This document shows, piece after piece, positions 11,962 through 24,338 of a DNA stretch of 62,846 nucleotides (position 1 is the stretch's first letter; the number at the start of each line of letters is the position of its first letter). Source of the stretch: Chiloscyllium plagiosum (Eukaryota); NCBI RefSeq assembly GCF_004010195.1, contig NC_057719.1, forward strand, positions 8,178,190 through 8,241,035, read 5' to 3'. Both the position numbers and the translations under genes were made by a program. The notes under the pieces are model-generated. The model saw only the letters and a list, made by a program, of their open reading frames with translations. It had not been told where the DNA came from and did no database searches.

Positions 11962-12875
11962 ACAGTTTTTTTCCTTGCACCGCTTCGTTTTAAGTCCAAA
12001 GTTTCCCCGATGCTCTGAAGTTGTAACATTCTATGTGTTCACACAGGGCCTTTCAGCAGTCAGTGATTTCTATTCTCAGGATGAACATGCCTTTGTTGGT
12101 TTGACAGTTCAAACTATTTGAAGTAATTTGGGATTAGGATTCATGGTCATGGCAAGGGTCAAACTGCATTAATTGTGAGGTGATACTTCCCTAAGAGGTC
12201 TATTGGTGGACTGTCTACTTGACTGTTGAAGTCCTCATGCTGATGGTGTTCCCACAGTGGTATTGGGTAAGAAATTCAGGATTTTGCTTTGGCAGTAATG
12301 ATGTGCTTCTAAAATTGGGATGGTGTGAAATATAGAGAAATATGTGGGTGTGATGATCCTTTGACAGTGTTGCTCAGCACTGTTAGCGATGGCAGGTTAC
12401 TAGGGTGTTGTTAAAGTGTCTTCTTCAATACTGCTCTTCTTCAACCACAGCACCCCATTGTTGCAAAGTGTTGCATGTTTGGTACATTTGTAGGGATAAC
12501 ACTCAAACACACTTCTGTATTCTAGCCTGTTTTAAGATTACTGGTTAGAACAGTCCTAAAGTATCAATGTACCTACTGCAAATGACATTATAATTGGCTG
12601 ATCTTGCTTTCCTTAGATCATTTCCAGAGCTTCCTTTCATTAATGTGAATAAGTAGGAGGAGGCCTTTTAGCGCCTTGAACTCATTGAATGAGAACATAG
12701 TTCACCTGTCTCTCAATTCCATCCATTCATCTCCATTTCCTTTAATACCCTTGGCTGGCAAAATATTAACAATATGAATAACAGGCATCAATTTACTCAC
12801 TTTTATAAGACTTTGTTTTACACTTGGAAGAAGCATTTCCTGGCATCTCCCCTGAATAGCTTGGTTCTGGTTTTA

Positions 12876-14104
12876 ATAGAATAGAATAAAAAAGTTGAGC
12901 ACAGAACAGGCCCTTTGGCCCACGATGTTGTGCCGAGGTCTAATCCTAATGTCAAATATAGTAACTTAACCTATGCACCCCTCAACTCACTGCTATCCAT
13001 GTGCATGTCCAGCAATCGCTTAGATGTCCCCAATGACTCTGCTTCCACCACCGCCGCTGGCAACGCATTCCAGGCATTCACAACTCTCTGCGTAAAGAAC
13101 CTATCTCTGACGACTCCTTTATACCTACCTCCTAGTATCTTAAAACTATGACTTTTTTTACCAGTCAATCCTGCCCTGGGGAAAAGTCTCTGGCTATTGA
13201 CTCTATCTATTCTTCTCATTATTTTGTACACCTCGATCAGGTCTCCTCTCTTCCTCCTTCTCTCCAGAGAGAAAAATCTGAANNNNNNNNNNNNNNNNNN
13301 NNNNNNNNNNNNNNNNNNNNNNNNNNNNNNNNNNNNNNNNNNNNNNNNNNNNNNNNNNNNNNNNNNNNNNNNNNNNNNNNNNNNNNNNNNNNNNNNNNNN
13401 NNNNNNNNNNNNNNNNNNNNNNNNNNNNNNNNNNNNNNNNNNNNNNNNNNNNNNNNNNNNNNNNNNNNNNNNNNNNNNNNNNNNNNNNNNNNNNNNNNNN
13501 NNNNNNNNNNNNNNNNNNNNNNNNNNNNNNNNNNNNNNNNNNNNNNNNNNNNNNNNNNNNNNNNNNNNNNNNNNNNNNNNNNNNNNNNNNNNNNNNNNNN
13601 NNNNNNNNNNNNNNNNNNNNNNNNNNNNNNNNNNNNNNNNNNNNNNNNNNNNNNNNNNNNNNNNNNNNCTGTATCCCATACTTCCTGACTTTATGAATGG
13701 GCCTACCATGGGGAACCCTATCAAATGCCTTGCTGAAGTCCATATACACCACATCCACTGCTCGACCGTCGTCGACCTGTCTTGACACCTCAAAGAACTC
13801 AATAAGATTTGTGAGGCATGACTTGCCCCTCACAAAGCCATGCTGACTGCCTTTAATCATACTATGCTTTGCCAAATAGTCATAAATCCTATCTCTCAGA
13901 ATTCTTTCCAAAACTTTGCTGACGACAGATGTAAGACTGACTGGTCTGTAATTGCTGGGGATTTCCCTATTACCCTTCTTGAAAAGAGGAACAACATTCG
14001 CCTCCTTCCAATCCTCCGGTATGACTCCTGTGGAGAGTGAAGAGGCAAATATCCTTGCCAGCGGCTTAGCAACCTCCTTTCTCGCTTCCCAGAGCAGCCT
14101 AGGA
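12876..14104 (-). mobile_element. CR1 LINE, second subfamily, RT to 3' end (contains gap)
   Basis: SQHGFVRGKSCLTNLIEFFE..VDVVYMDFSKAFDRVPH, and C-terminus RFFTQRVVNAWNALP. Confidence 0.9.
13283..13668. other. Assembly gap
   Basis: Run of N. Confidence 1.
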
Positions 14105-15523
14105 TTATACTGTTATGTCTTAGACTTCCTACCATGGGTATCTTCTTTATTTAGCTATTCCATCCATTCCTTTCAAAGAAACAAAGGATTTAGAAGGAGG
14201 AATAGGCCATTTGACCCTTCAGGTCACTCCCACCATTCAATAGAAACATGACTGATTGGGCCAATCACCTACCTTATCTACATTAGGTTCAGATAAAACA
14301 ACAATTTATTTTGCAAAGATATTGATCAGCATAGTTTTAAATATGTAAGCACAAACACCTAATCTCCTAATTAACTGAGCACACACACACACTAGGCAAC
14401 AGAAGTGTCTGTGCAGAACAACTTTCTGGGAAAACGCAGTTTGGCCATTAATTTATTTTGTTCCTGAAGAAATGCACCAAGCACGCAAAGGGTCCTCCTC
14501 TCTCTATCCCAACACACTACAGCACATATGCACAAACACACACACATGCACAAACATACACCAGCAGGTAATAGCAGCTGTGGGATGAAAATGCCAACTT
14601 GAGAGCTTCAATTGGCAGCAGAAGGAAAAGGAGTTCTGTGGCAGTTCCTGCTACACACATAATTCTGGACATAGGAAGGTAGCAGAGACCCCACCCGTCA
14701 AACTCCTACTTGATGAAATACCCCTGGATAAGAAGGGTATATTAAAATGAACTATGAACCTGCACTCCAAGGTCTTTTTGTTTGGCAGCACTCCCCAGGA
14801 CTTTACCATTAAGTGTATTAAGTTGTCAGTGAAAGAAAGTTAGTCAAAATAGCTAATGGACTGTTAGTCTTTATAAACGAAGGACTCGAATTTAAAAGGG
14901 GAGAGGTTTTATTACAACTACCTTTGTTCAAACAGATCTGGAAAACACTACAGTTCTGGATATTGGCTAAAACTTAAACAGATGCCTTGCTCTTGGAAGG
15001 AGTGCAGTCTGGATTCAATAGAATGTTACCAGGGATCAAAGATTTACATGAAGAGATTTCATAGTCCAGTTTGTATGGCTTGGAAAGTGGGTTAGAAGGC
15101 GATGTAATGAAGATGCTTACTTATTAATATTTTTGAGGCTTCATGCTTAGAGGATAGTGGGCAGTGGTACAATTGAAAACTGAGGAGATAAATGCCCTGT
15201 TTTGCTTTTAAAAGGGATTGTTTAAAGAGTACATTGAGACAGTGTTCGTTTGAAAGACTCTTCTTGGAAGTCACGTGGTTTAGCTCCAAAACAGATAGGA
15301 GCAGAAGCTGGCCATTCAGTCCATCGATGCTGTTTCACTTTTCAGTGAGGTCATGGCTGATCTAATCATCCCCAACTCCACTTTCCTGCCTTTTCCCCAC
15401 AACCCGCGATTCCCTTATTGGTACAAATCTGTCCATCCTAACCTTGAATGTAATTAATAACTCAGCCTCAACAGCCCTCCATGGTAAAGAATTCCACAGA
15501 TTCACCACTCTCTAACAGAAGAT

Positions 15524-15970
15524 ATGGAGGCACTAGCTATGAGGAGAGGTTGAGTAGATTAGGATTATTTTCATTAGAAAGATGGAGGTTGAGGGGGGTA
15601 CTCATAGAGGTTTACAAAATCATGAGAGGTATAGATAGGGTGGATAGCAAGATGCTTTTTTCCCCAGAGTGGGGGGCTCAATTATTAGGGTTTCACGAGT
15701 TCAAGATGAGAGGGGAAAAGGTTAAGGGTGATATGTGTGGAAAGTTCTTTACACAGAGGTTGGTGAATGTCTGGAACACATTGCCAGTGGAGTGGTAGAG
15801 GCGGCATGATAGTGTCATTTAAGATGTATCTAGACAGATATATGAATGGGCAGGGAGCAGAGGGATACAGATCCTGAGAAAATAGGTGACAGGTTTAGAT
15901 AGAGGATCTGGATCGGAGCAGGTTTGGAGGGCTGAAGGGCCTGTTCCTCTGGTGTAATTTTCTTTGTTCT
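15524..15970 (+). mobile_element. CR1 LINE 3' fragment
   Basis: SYEERLSRLGLFSLERWRLRGVLIEVYKIMRG..FFTQRLVNVWNTLP; 3' tail gggctgaagggcctgttcct. Confidence 0.85.
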
Positions 15971-16001
15971 TTATCAAACACACTCCAAAAGCTAGAACCT
16001 T

Positions 16002-16378
16002 GAAGATTAGGGGGTGAATTCATAGAAGTACATAAAATTATGAGAAGCATGGATAAGATGGATTTTTTTTCCCAGGGTGGGAATGTCAAATACTAAGGGA
16101 CATTGGCTTAAAGTGAGGGGGAAAAGTTTAAGAGAGATGTGCGAGGAAGATTTTTACACAGAGGGTGGTAGGTGCCTGGAACACGCTGCTAGGGGAGGTG
16201 GTAGAAGCAGATACAGTAGCAATGTTTCAGAGGCATTTAGGTAGACAGATGAATGGGCAGAGAATCGAGAAATACAGACCCGGTGCAGGCAGATGGGTTT
16301 AGAATGGCATCATGGTTCGCATATACATGCTGGGCCAAAGGGCCTGTTCCTGTGCTGTACCAATCTATGTTCAATGTT
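16002..16378 (+). mobile_element. CR1 LINE 3' fragment
   Basis: ..tttttacacagagggtggtaggtgcctggaac.., tail gggccaaagggcctgttcctgtgctgtac..ctatgttc. Confidence 0.8.
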
Positions 16379-16779
16379 CAACCCAAATCTCCTGCTACCC
16401 CAACTAATTCCTAGGACTAAGTTTTCTTATTGCTTTGTTTTCTTTTAAGCCTATGGTCGCGACAGCAACACCAGGATGAGCCAGACATGGCTCCAATCTA
16501 ACCCGGGGTCTCCCAGTAAATGAGGAACAGCTCCTGGGCTGACTCCCCTGGCCTAGACTCACAGGTTAGGCCAAGGCTCCAGATCCAGATCCTCAGCTAG
16601 GCCCAGACACCTGAAGAAGGAGAAAGGCAGTCTCTGCCCACGTGGCAGTCTCAGCCTGGCGTGGTGATTTTGTCCCGGCGTAATGGTCTTGTCCTGGCAT
16701 GATGCTCATGTCCCCAAGTGCAGGCCATCTTCATCTTCAGCTCCCAGGTATCCCAGCGGCTTGACAGGCCACCTTGTAC

Positions 16780-17581
16780 AGAACGCCCCTAGTGCTCACC
16801 TTCCACCCTACCAACCTTTGCATAAACCAAATCATCTGCCGACATTTCCGCCACCTCCAAACGGACTCCACCACCAGGGATATATTTGCCTCCCTACCCC
16901 TTTTTGCCTTCCGCAAGACCGTTCCCTCCGTGACTACCTGGTCAGGTCCACGTACGCCCCCCCCCCCCCTACAAAACCTCCCTCCTGTCCTGGCACCTTC
17001 CCCTGCCACCGCAGGAATTGCAAAACCTGTGCCCACACCTCCTCCCTTACCTCCATCCAAGGCCCTAAAGGAGCCTTCCACACCCATCAAAGTTTTACCT
17101 GCACATTCACCAATATCATTTATTGTACTTTTTGCTCCCGATGCGGTCTCTTCTATATTGGGGAGACTGGATGCCACCTCGCAGAGCGCTTTAGGGAACA
17201 TCTCTGGGACACCCGCACCAATCAACCCCACCGCCCTGTGGCCCAACATTTCAACTCCCCCTCCCACTCGCTCAGCACTGTCCCCATGACTTGTCCTACC
17301 TGCCTATCTCCTTTTCCACCTATCCACTCCACCCTCCTCCCTGACCTATCACCTTCATCCCCTCCCTCACTCATCTATTGTACTCTATGCTACTTTCTCC
17401 ACAACCCCACCCTCATCTCATTTATCTCTCCACCCTTCAGGCACTCTGCCTGTATTCCTGATGAATGGCTTTTGCCCGAAACATCGATTTTATTGCTCCT
17501 TGGATGCTGCCTGAACTGTTGTGCTTTTCCAGCACCACTAATCCAGAATCTGGTTTCCAGCATCTGCAGTCATTGTTTTTA
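16780..17581 (+). mobile_element. 5'-truncated Penelope-like element (family B) with GIY-YIG endonuclease remnant and hammerhead
   Basis: RTPLVLTFHP../GTFPCHRRNCKTC..NIIYCTFCSRCGLFYIGETGCHLAERFREHL..VAQHFN (frameshifted). Core ctgatga..gcccgaaacatc at 17458-17485. 11 bp TSD ccaccttgtac (16769-16779, 17582-17592). Confidence 0.9.
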
Positions 17582-18989
17582 CCACCTTGTACCAAAGTAC
17601 TGGTCTCAGCCTGGCATGGTGATGTTCTTCAGCAGAGGCTTCTGGTCTCATATCCAGCAGTGTGGCATGGTGATCTTATCCCAGCTGTGTCTCCATTGTT
17701 CCGAAATCAGCTTTCTCCCAGCCCAGGAGCCATTAACCGAACTGTGATGAACTCTCTCTTAATTTTACTTTTTTTTATTATTATGTATGACTTGTGTCAT
17801 TGATGTAGGCACTGGAGTGGGGTGACCTATAAAATGTTTCACTATTTTTCATGTAAAAGTACACGTGACAATTAATTTATTTCCTGTTCTATTCTAATTT
17901 AGTAAAACTACCAGTCTAGCTTTACGGCTGAGAGGAATTAGATTTTGTTTTTTAGATCTTGGTCAGAGTTTCACTGGCAGCTACACACGCCAGAAATCTA
18001 TCTTAGATTCTAAAATTCTGAAATAGATTCTATCTTAGATTTCTTCAGGAACGAAGAGACTGGGGCTGTGTGTGCCGTGCTCCTGAAATTGAAGATCACA
18101 CACGGTTAAATGCAATGAAAGTCTCCTTTTGTAAAGAAGTGATGGGCTACAATGATCAAACTGGTTAATTCTGGCTATTTTTTCCATAAGCTGCTGTGTT
18201 TTGTATTTTTAATGATGGGCTGACAGGTCTGTATGAGATGTTCATGCTGCAAGCACTACGGGCAAGCCCGTGTGGGGTTGTTTGTGGGCCTGGAGGGGAA
18301 ACCAGTGTCTGATGGAGGGACACGATGCCAGCTGAGGGAGATCCAGCTGAAAGCCAGCATTTAGCTCTTACTGACGGGCACTGCTCACCTCTTATTCCAT
18401 CACCCACTCTCACCATCACTCACCTGTGGAATATTAATCCTTAGATGGGTATCCCAGGGCCAGCAATCACTGCACGCCCAATGGCATTGCTGTTCTGTCG
18501 AGTCGCCAGCCTCCCCAATTAGCCAGCCACCCTTGGCGGGCAGGACTGCCTTTTATCCCAGGGAAGGCACACTGCTGTCCGACTGGCACTGAATGCTGCA
18601 AACTTTCCTGAAACAAGGTGATGACAGGCTCTTGCCAGTCTCCAGCCGACAGTGAGACCTCCCTTAACTTATTACCCCTTTCATCTGTTGATATCTCTGC
18701 GATTTGCTCCTGTCTGCACAGCTGACTGTGCCACCAATCGATATGCCATCAGAAAAGTTGGATACATGACTCTCCATATTGTTATTCAAGTCCTGATTAA
18801 ATATACTGAGTAGATGAGGCCTAAGCACAAGCGTGAGGTGAACTGGAAACGTGGCCTCAGCAGTGACAGCGTGTGGTACTAATTCGGAACCTCTCAAAAA
18901 AGACAAAACAAAACCCTGTATTTTGTATATCAAGGGATAAATATTGATCAGGACACTAGAGATCACTGTAATTCTCTTCAAAACAATTT

Positions 18990-19075
18990 GTCTTCAATTT
19001 AACATCTCAGCACCTGCAGCAGTGCAGCACTCTCTCAGCACTGCATTGGAGTGTTAACCTTTTGTGCTCAAATCT
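18990..19075 (-). mobile_element. LF-SINE-like fragment
   Basis: cagtgcagcactctctcagcactgcattggagtgt resembles the reverse complement of the LF-SINE body; recognition only. Confidence 0.4.
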
Positions 19076-20417
19076 CAAAGTCATAGAGATGTACAGCATG
19101 GAAGCAGACTTTCAGTCCAACCTGTCCATGCCGACCAGATATCCCAACCCAATCTAGTCCCACCTGCCAGCACCCGGCCCATATCCCTCCAAACCCTTCC
19201 TATTCATATACCCATCCAAATGCCTCTTAAATGTTGCAATTGTACCAGCCTCCACCACATTCTCTGGCAGCTCATTCCATACACATACCACCCTCTGCGT
19301 GAAAAGGTTGCCCCTTAGGTCTCTTTTACATCTTTCCCCTCTCACCCTAAACCTATGCCCTCTAGTTCTGGACTCCCCAACCCCAGGGAAAAGACTTTGT
19401 CGATTTATCCTATCCATGCCCCTCATAATTTTGTAAACCTCAATAAGGTCACCCCTCAGCCTCTGACACTCCAGGGAAAACAGTCCCAGCCTGCTCAGCC
19501 TCCCCCTACAGCTCAAATCCTCCAACCCTGGCAACATCCCTGAAAATCCCTCTGAACCCCTCCAAGTCCCACAACATCCCTCCGACAGGAAGGAGACCAG
19601 GCTGCACACAACATTTCAAGAGTGGCCTAACCAATGTCCTGTACAGCTACAACACAACCCTCCCACTCCTGTACTCAACACTGACCAATAAAGGAAAGCA
19701 TACCAAACACCTTCTTCACTATCCTATCACCCTGCGACTCCACTTTCAAGGAGCTATGAACCTGTACTCCAAGGTCTCTGTTCAGCAACACTCCCATAAC
19801 CTTACCATTATGTGTACAAGTCCTGCTCTGATCTGCTTCTCCAAAATGCAGCACCTCACATCCGTCCGAATCAAACTCCATCTGCCACATCACAGCCCAC
19901 CGGCCCATCTGGTCAAGATCCCACCGTAACCCGAGGCAACCCTCCTCGCTGTCCACCACACCTCCAACCCTGGTGTCGTCTGCAAACCCACCAACCACAC
20001 CTCTTATGCTCACATCCAAATCATCCATATAAATGATGAAAAGCAGAACTGATCCTTGTGGCACTCCACTGGTCATAGGCCTCCAGTCTGAAAATCAACC
20101 CTCCACCACCACCCTCTGTCTTCTACCTTTGAGCCAGTTCTGTATCCACATGGCTAGTTCTCCCTGTATTCCATGAGATCTAACCTTGCTAATCAGTATC
20201 CCATGGGGAACCTTGTTGAACGCCTTACTCAAGTCCATATAGATCACATCTACCGCTCTGCCCTTATCAATCCTCTTTGTAACTTCCTCAAAAAACTCAA
20301 TCAAGTTTGTGAGACATGATTTCCCATGCACAAAGCCATGTTGACTATCCCTGATCAGTCCTTGCCTTTCCAATACATGTAGATCCTGTCCCTCAGGATT
20401 CCCTCCAACAACTTAGT

Positions 20418-20577
20418 GGGCGGCACGGTGGCACAGTGGTTAGCACTGCTGCCTCACAGCGCCTGAGACCCGGGTTCAATTCTCGCCTCAGGCGACTGAC
20501 TGTGTGGAGTTTGCACGTTCTCCCCGTGTCTGCGTGGGTTTCCTCCGGGTGCTCCGGTTTCCTCCCACAGTCCAAAG
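20418..20577 (+). mobile_element. HE1-like SINE (CpG-rich, probably young) inserted in CR1, truncated by gap
   Basis: gggcggcacggtggcacagtggttagcactgctgcctcacagcgcc..ggttcaattc. Confidence 0.9.
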
Positions 20578-21341
20578 NNNNNNNNNNNNNNNNNNNNNNN
20601 NNNNNNNNNNNNNNNNNNNNNNNNNNNNNNNNNNNNNNNNNNNNNNNNNNNNNNNNNNNNNNNNNNNNNNNNNNNNNNNNNNNNNNNNNNNNNNNNNNNN
20701 NNNNNNNNNNNNNNNNNNNNNNNNNNNNNNNNNNNNNNNNNNNNNNNNNNNNNNNNNNNNNNNNNNNNNNNNNNNNNNNNNNNNNNNNNNNNNNNNNNNN
20801 NNNNNNNNNNNNNNNNNNNNNNNNNNNNNNNNNNNNNNNNNNNNNNNNNNNNNNNNNNNNNNNNNNNNNNNNNNNNNNNNNNNNNNNNNNNNNNNNNNNN
20901 NNNNNNNNNNNNNNNNNNNNNNNNNNNNNNNNNNNNNNNNNNNNNNNNNNNNNNNNNNNNNNNNNNNNNNNNNNNNNNNNNNNNNNNNNNNNNNNNNNNN
21001 NNNNNNNNNNNNNNNNNNNNNNNNNNNNNNNNNNNNNNNNNNNNNNNNNNNNNNNNNNNNNNNNNNNNNNNNNNNNNNNNNNNNNNNNNNNNNNNNNNNN
21101 NNNNNNNNNNNNNNNNNNNNNNNNNNNNNNNNNNNNNNNNNNNNNNNNNNNNNNNNNNNNNNNNNNNNNNNNNNNNNNNNNNNNNNNNNNNNNNNNNNNN
21201 NNNNNNNNNNNNNNNNNNNNNNNNNNNNNNNNNNNNNNNNNNNNNNNNNNNNNNNNNNNNNNNNNNNNNNNNNNNNNNNNNNNNNNNNNNNNNNNNNNNN
21301 NNNNNNNNNNNNNNNNNNNNNNNNNNNNNNNNNNNNNNNNN
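20578..21341. other. Assembly gap
   Basis: Run of N. Confidence 1.
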
Positions 21342-21955
21342 NCTTAACAAATTCCTCTCCATCTAAATCCTTAACACTATGGCAGTCCCAGTTAATGTTT
21401 GGAAAGTTAAAATCCCCTACCATAATCACCCTATTATTCTTACAGATAGCTGAGATGTCCTTACAAGTTTATCTCTCAATTTCCCTGTGACTATTGGGGG
21501 GGTCTATAATAAATCCCAACAAGGTGATTATCCCTTTCTTATTTCTCAGTTCCACCCAAGTAACTTCCCTGGATGTATTTCCAGGAATATCCTCCCTCAG
21601 CACAGCTGTAATGCTATCCCTTATCAAAAACGCCACTCCCCCTCCTCTCTTACCTCCCTTTCTATCCTTCCTGTAGCATTTGTATCCTCGAACACCAAGC
21701 TGTCAGTCCTGCCCATCCCTGAGCCATTTTCTGTAATTGCTATGATATCCCAGTCTCATGTTCCTAACCATGCCCTGAGTTTATCTGCCTTCCCTATTCG
21801 GCCCCTTGCATTGAAATAAATGCAGTTTAATTTATTAGTCCTACTTGACTCTGCCATGCTCTGAGTGTTTGACTCTCTTCTGTTCTCAACTGTACCAGTC
21901 CCAGATTAATCTCTTTCCTCACTATCTCCCTGGGTTTCCCCCCCCCACAACTTTA

Positions 21956-22628
21956 TTAGTTTAAATCCTCCCGAGCACCTGCCAGTATATTAGTCCCCTT
22001 CCAATTTAGGTGCAATCCGTCCTTCTTGTACAGGTCACTTCTACTCCGAAAGAGATTCCAATGAACCAAAAATGTGAATCCTTCTCTCATACACCAGCTC
22101 CTCAGCCATGCATTCATCTGCTCTATCCTCCTATTCCTGCCCTCACTAGCTCGTAGCACCCTGAGTAATCCAGATATTACTACTCTCGAGGATCTCCTTT
22201 CTAAATCCCTGCCTAACCCTCTGTAATCTCCCTTCAGAATCTCAACCTTTTCCCTTCCTATGTCAATGATTCTAACGTGGACAATCACCTCTTGATGGCC
22301 CCTCTCCCCCTTGAGAACATTCTGCACCCTCTCTGCGACATCCTTGATCCTGGCACCAGGGAAGCAACACCCCCTTCTGCATTTTTGCTGCTGGCCACAG
22401 AAACGTCTGTCTGTACCTCTGACTAGAGAATCCCCTAACACAATTGATCTCTTGGAACCTGACATACCCCTCGTTGCATTCGAACCAGTCTCAATACCAG
22501 AGACTTGGCTACGTTTCCCTGTGAATCGATCACCCCCTACATTTTCTAAAACAGTATACTTGTTTGAATTGGGGATAGCCACAGAAGATTCCTGCACTAC
22601 CTGCTTACCCCTCTTACCTTTCCTGGTG
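21956..22628 (-). pseudogene. CR1 ORF1 SGNH/GDSL esterase domain (5' truncated)
   Basis: IVLGDSLVRG..CFPGARIKDV..VVISGLL..NAWLRSWC..YKKDGLHLNWKG, typical of CR1 ORF1p esterase. Confidence 0.85.
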
Positions 22629-23354
22629 ATCTTAAACCCGTGACCTGTTGACGTAGGGATGAAAGTGCTACTTATCAAACTGCGGCTTGCTTTATTGAAA
22701 TGGTATCAGCACTAAAAACATTGGCCAGTGCGTTGACCAGTCTCTCTGATTCAGAATTTCCAGAAACAATGTGTTTCTTTGAATCAACAACATGCCATCA
22801 ATGCCATTTGTCTGTTCACCAGTCTGTCAGTAGCGATCTTTCCACAGTGTCAGATAGATCATGGGGTCCAATTCAAGAACAATACAGCAAAGGAACAGAC
22901 CCTTCAGCCCACCATGGCTGCATGACACATGATGTCTTTCTAAACTAAAAAAAACTTTTGCCTCTACACTATCCGTATCCCTCTACTCCCTGTCTATTCA
23001 AATGTAGAAAACTGAAAACATGACCTGTACTGATATTTTGCATCATTACATTGTCCGATAAAGCATTAAACTGGAACATAGGACTTAGCCATTTCGCTCT
23101 TTGGGTCTGCTCTACCATTCAATAAGATCATGGCTGAGCTGGTTGTGTTCTCAGGTCCACTTTCTTGGCTGTACCCCTCAACCCTCCTGTTTATCAAAAA
23201 TCCATCTGACTCAGCTACATTTAAACGTCCAGCCTTCCATGACCCTCTGGGGAAGAGAATTCCACGTCACAGGAAATCCATGCCCTTGCAGCTCTCTCCA
23301 ATGGATGTAAACAATGCTATTATGGAGGAGGGCAAGCAGATTCTCTTAAGTGTG

Positions 23355-23552
23355 GAAGTGGGTACTGCAGATGCTGGAGATTAGAGTCAAGATCAGAGTG
23401 GTGCTGGAAAAGCACAGCAGGTCAGGCAGCATCTGAGGAGCAGGAAAATTGACGTTTTGGGCAAAAGCAAAGGGCTTTCGCCCAAAATGTTGATTTTCCT
23501 GCTCCTCGGATGCTGCCTGACCTGCTGTGCTTTTCCAGCACCACTCTGATCA
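23355..23552. mobile_element. Palindromic Penelope family B short element
   Basis: Arms gatcagagtggtgctggaaaagcacagcaggtcaggcagcatc.. / ..gatgctgcctgacctgctgtgcttttccagcaccactctgatc. Confidence 0.8.
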
Positions 23553-23994
23553 AGATTCTCTCCCGTGGTCTGGATTAAATAATCCCACAAACAGCCTCAC
23601 TCGTCATTCTCAAATTGTGGTCTTGCTATGCACATGTTGACTATTTGCAATTCCAACAACAGTGCCGATACTGCAGAGGGCCGACAGTGTTGTGGGGATC
23701 CTGCAAGTTCCTCTTTTCAGTACAAAGGCTGCAACGTCTTCCTTCCAGTGAGGAAGGAGGAGGAAATAATTGGGCGTGTTGGATAAGATGACATTTGTCT
23801 ACCTCTTCTAACTACTTCCCCAATGAAAAATGTTGTGAGAGACTTTCTCCACTGACCTGCAATTAAGGCCTTTAAGGAGTTAATTAGGGGCCTCAACTGG
23901 TCACCTCACATTGGCCAGCAGCTTCTGTTAAGCTAGGAGAATACTGTCGAGGTTTGTGATAGGTGTCAATGCTTAACATGTGTGCTACAACTCC

Positions 23995-24338
23995 CACCCA
24001 ACTCATACACAGGTACACTCTCTCATGTGAACGCACACATTCACACACACACACACACACAATTTGTCTCACACACATACGGTCATACACACACAAACTC
24101 TCACACATGCACACACACATACACACACACACATTCTATCATACATGTACGCATTCTCTCTCACACATACACACATATACCCACAATCTACCTTACTCAC
24201 ACAGACACTCTGTCTCATGTTTATACCCATACACACACACAAACTCTCGCACATGCACACACTCAAATATACACACTCTCTATCTCTCGCACACGCACAC
24301 GTACACGTACATACACTCTAATACACACACACACTTAC
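23995..24338 (+). repeat. Degenerate (CA)n microsatellite
   Basis: Directly visible. Confidence 0.9.

Larger units (their letters stand above)
19078..22628 (-). mobile_element. Long CR1 (HER1-like) LINE: partial ORF1, APE, RT and 3' tail; interrupted by a SINE and a gap; locally A-to-G hypermutated
   Basis: ORF1 esterase, APE (IMVGDFNFPNINW), RT ([28 protein letters not shown]) and C-terminus, all collinear on minus. Confidence 0.9.

Noticed and set aside
16683..17747. 354 aa host gene
   Set aside because: A chimeric ORF running through a frameshifted Penelope endonuclease remnant, its UTR and flanking repeat.
19490..20030. APOBEC-type editing or CpG decay as cause of the hypermutation
   Set aside because: Three sister copies and the conserved protein motifs set the ancestral state as A on the sense strand, so the change is A>G, not G>A or C>T.
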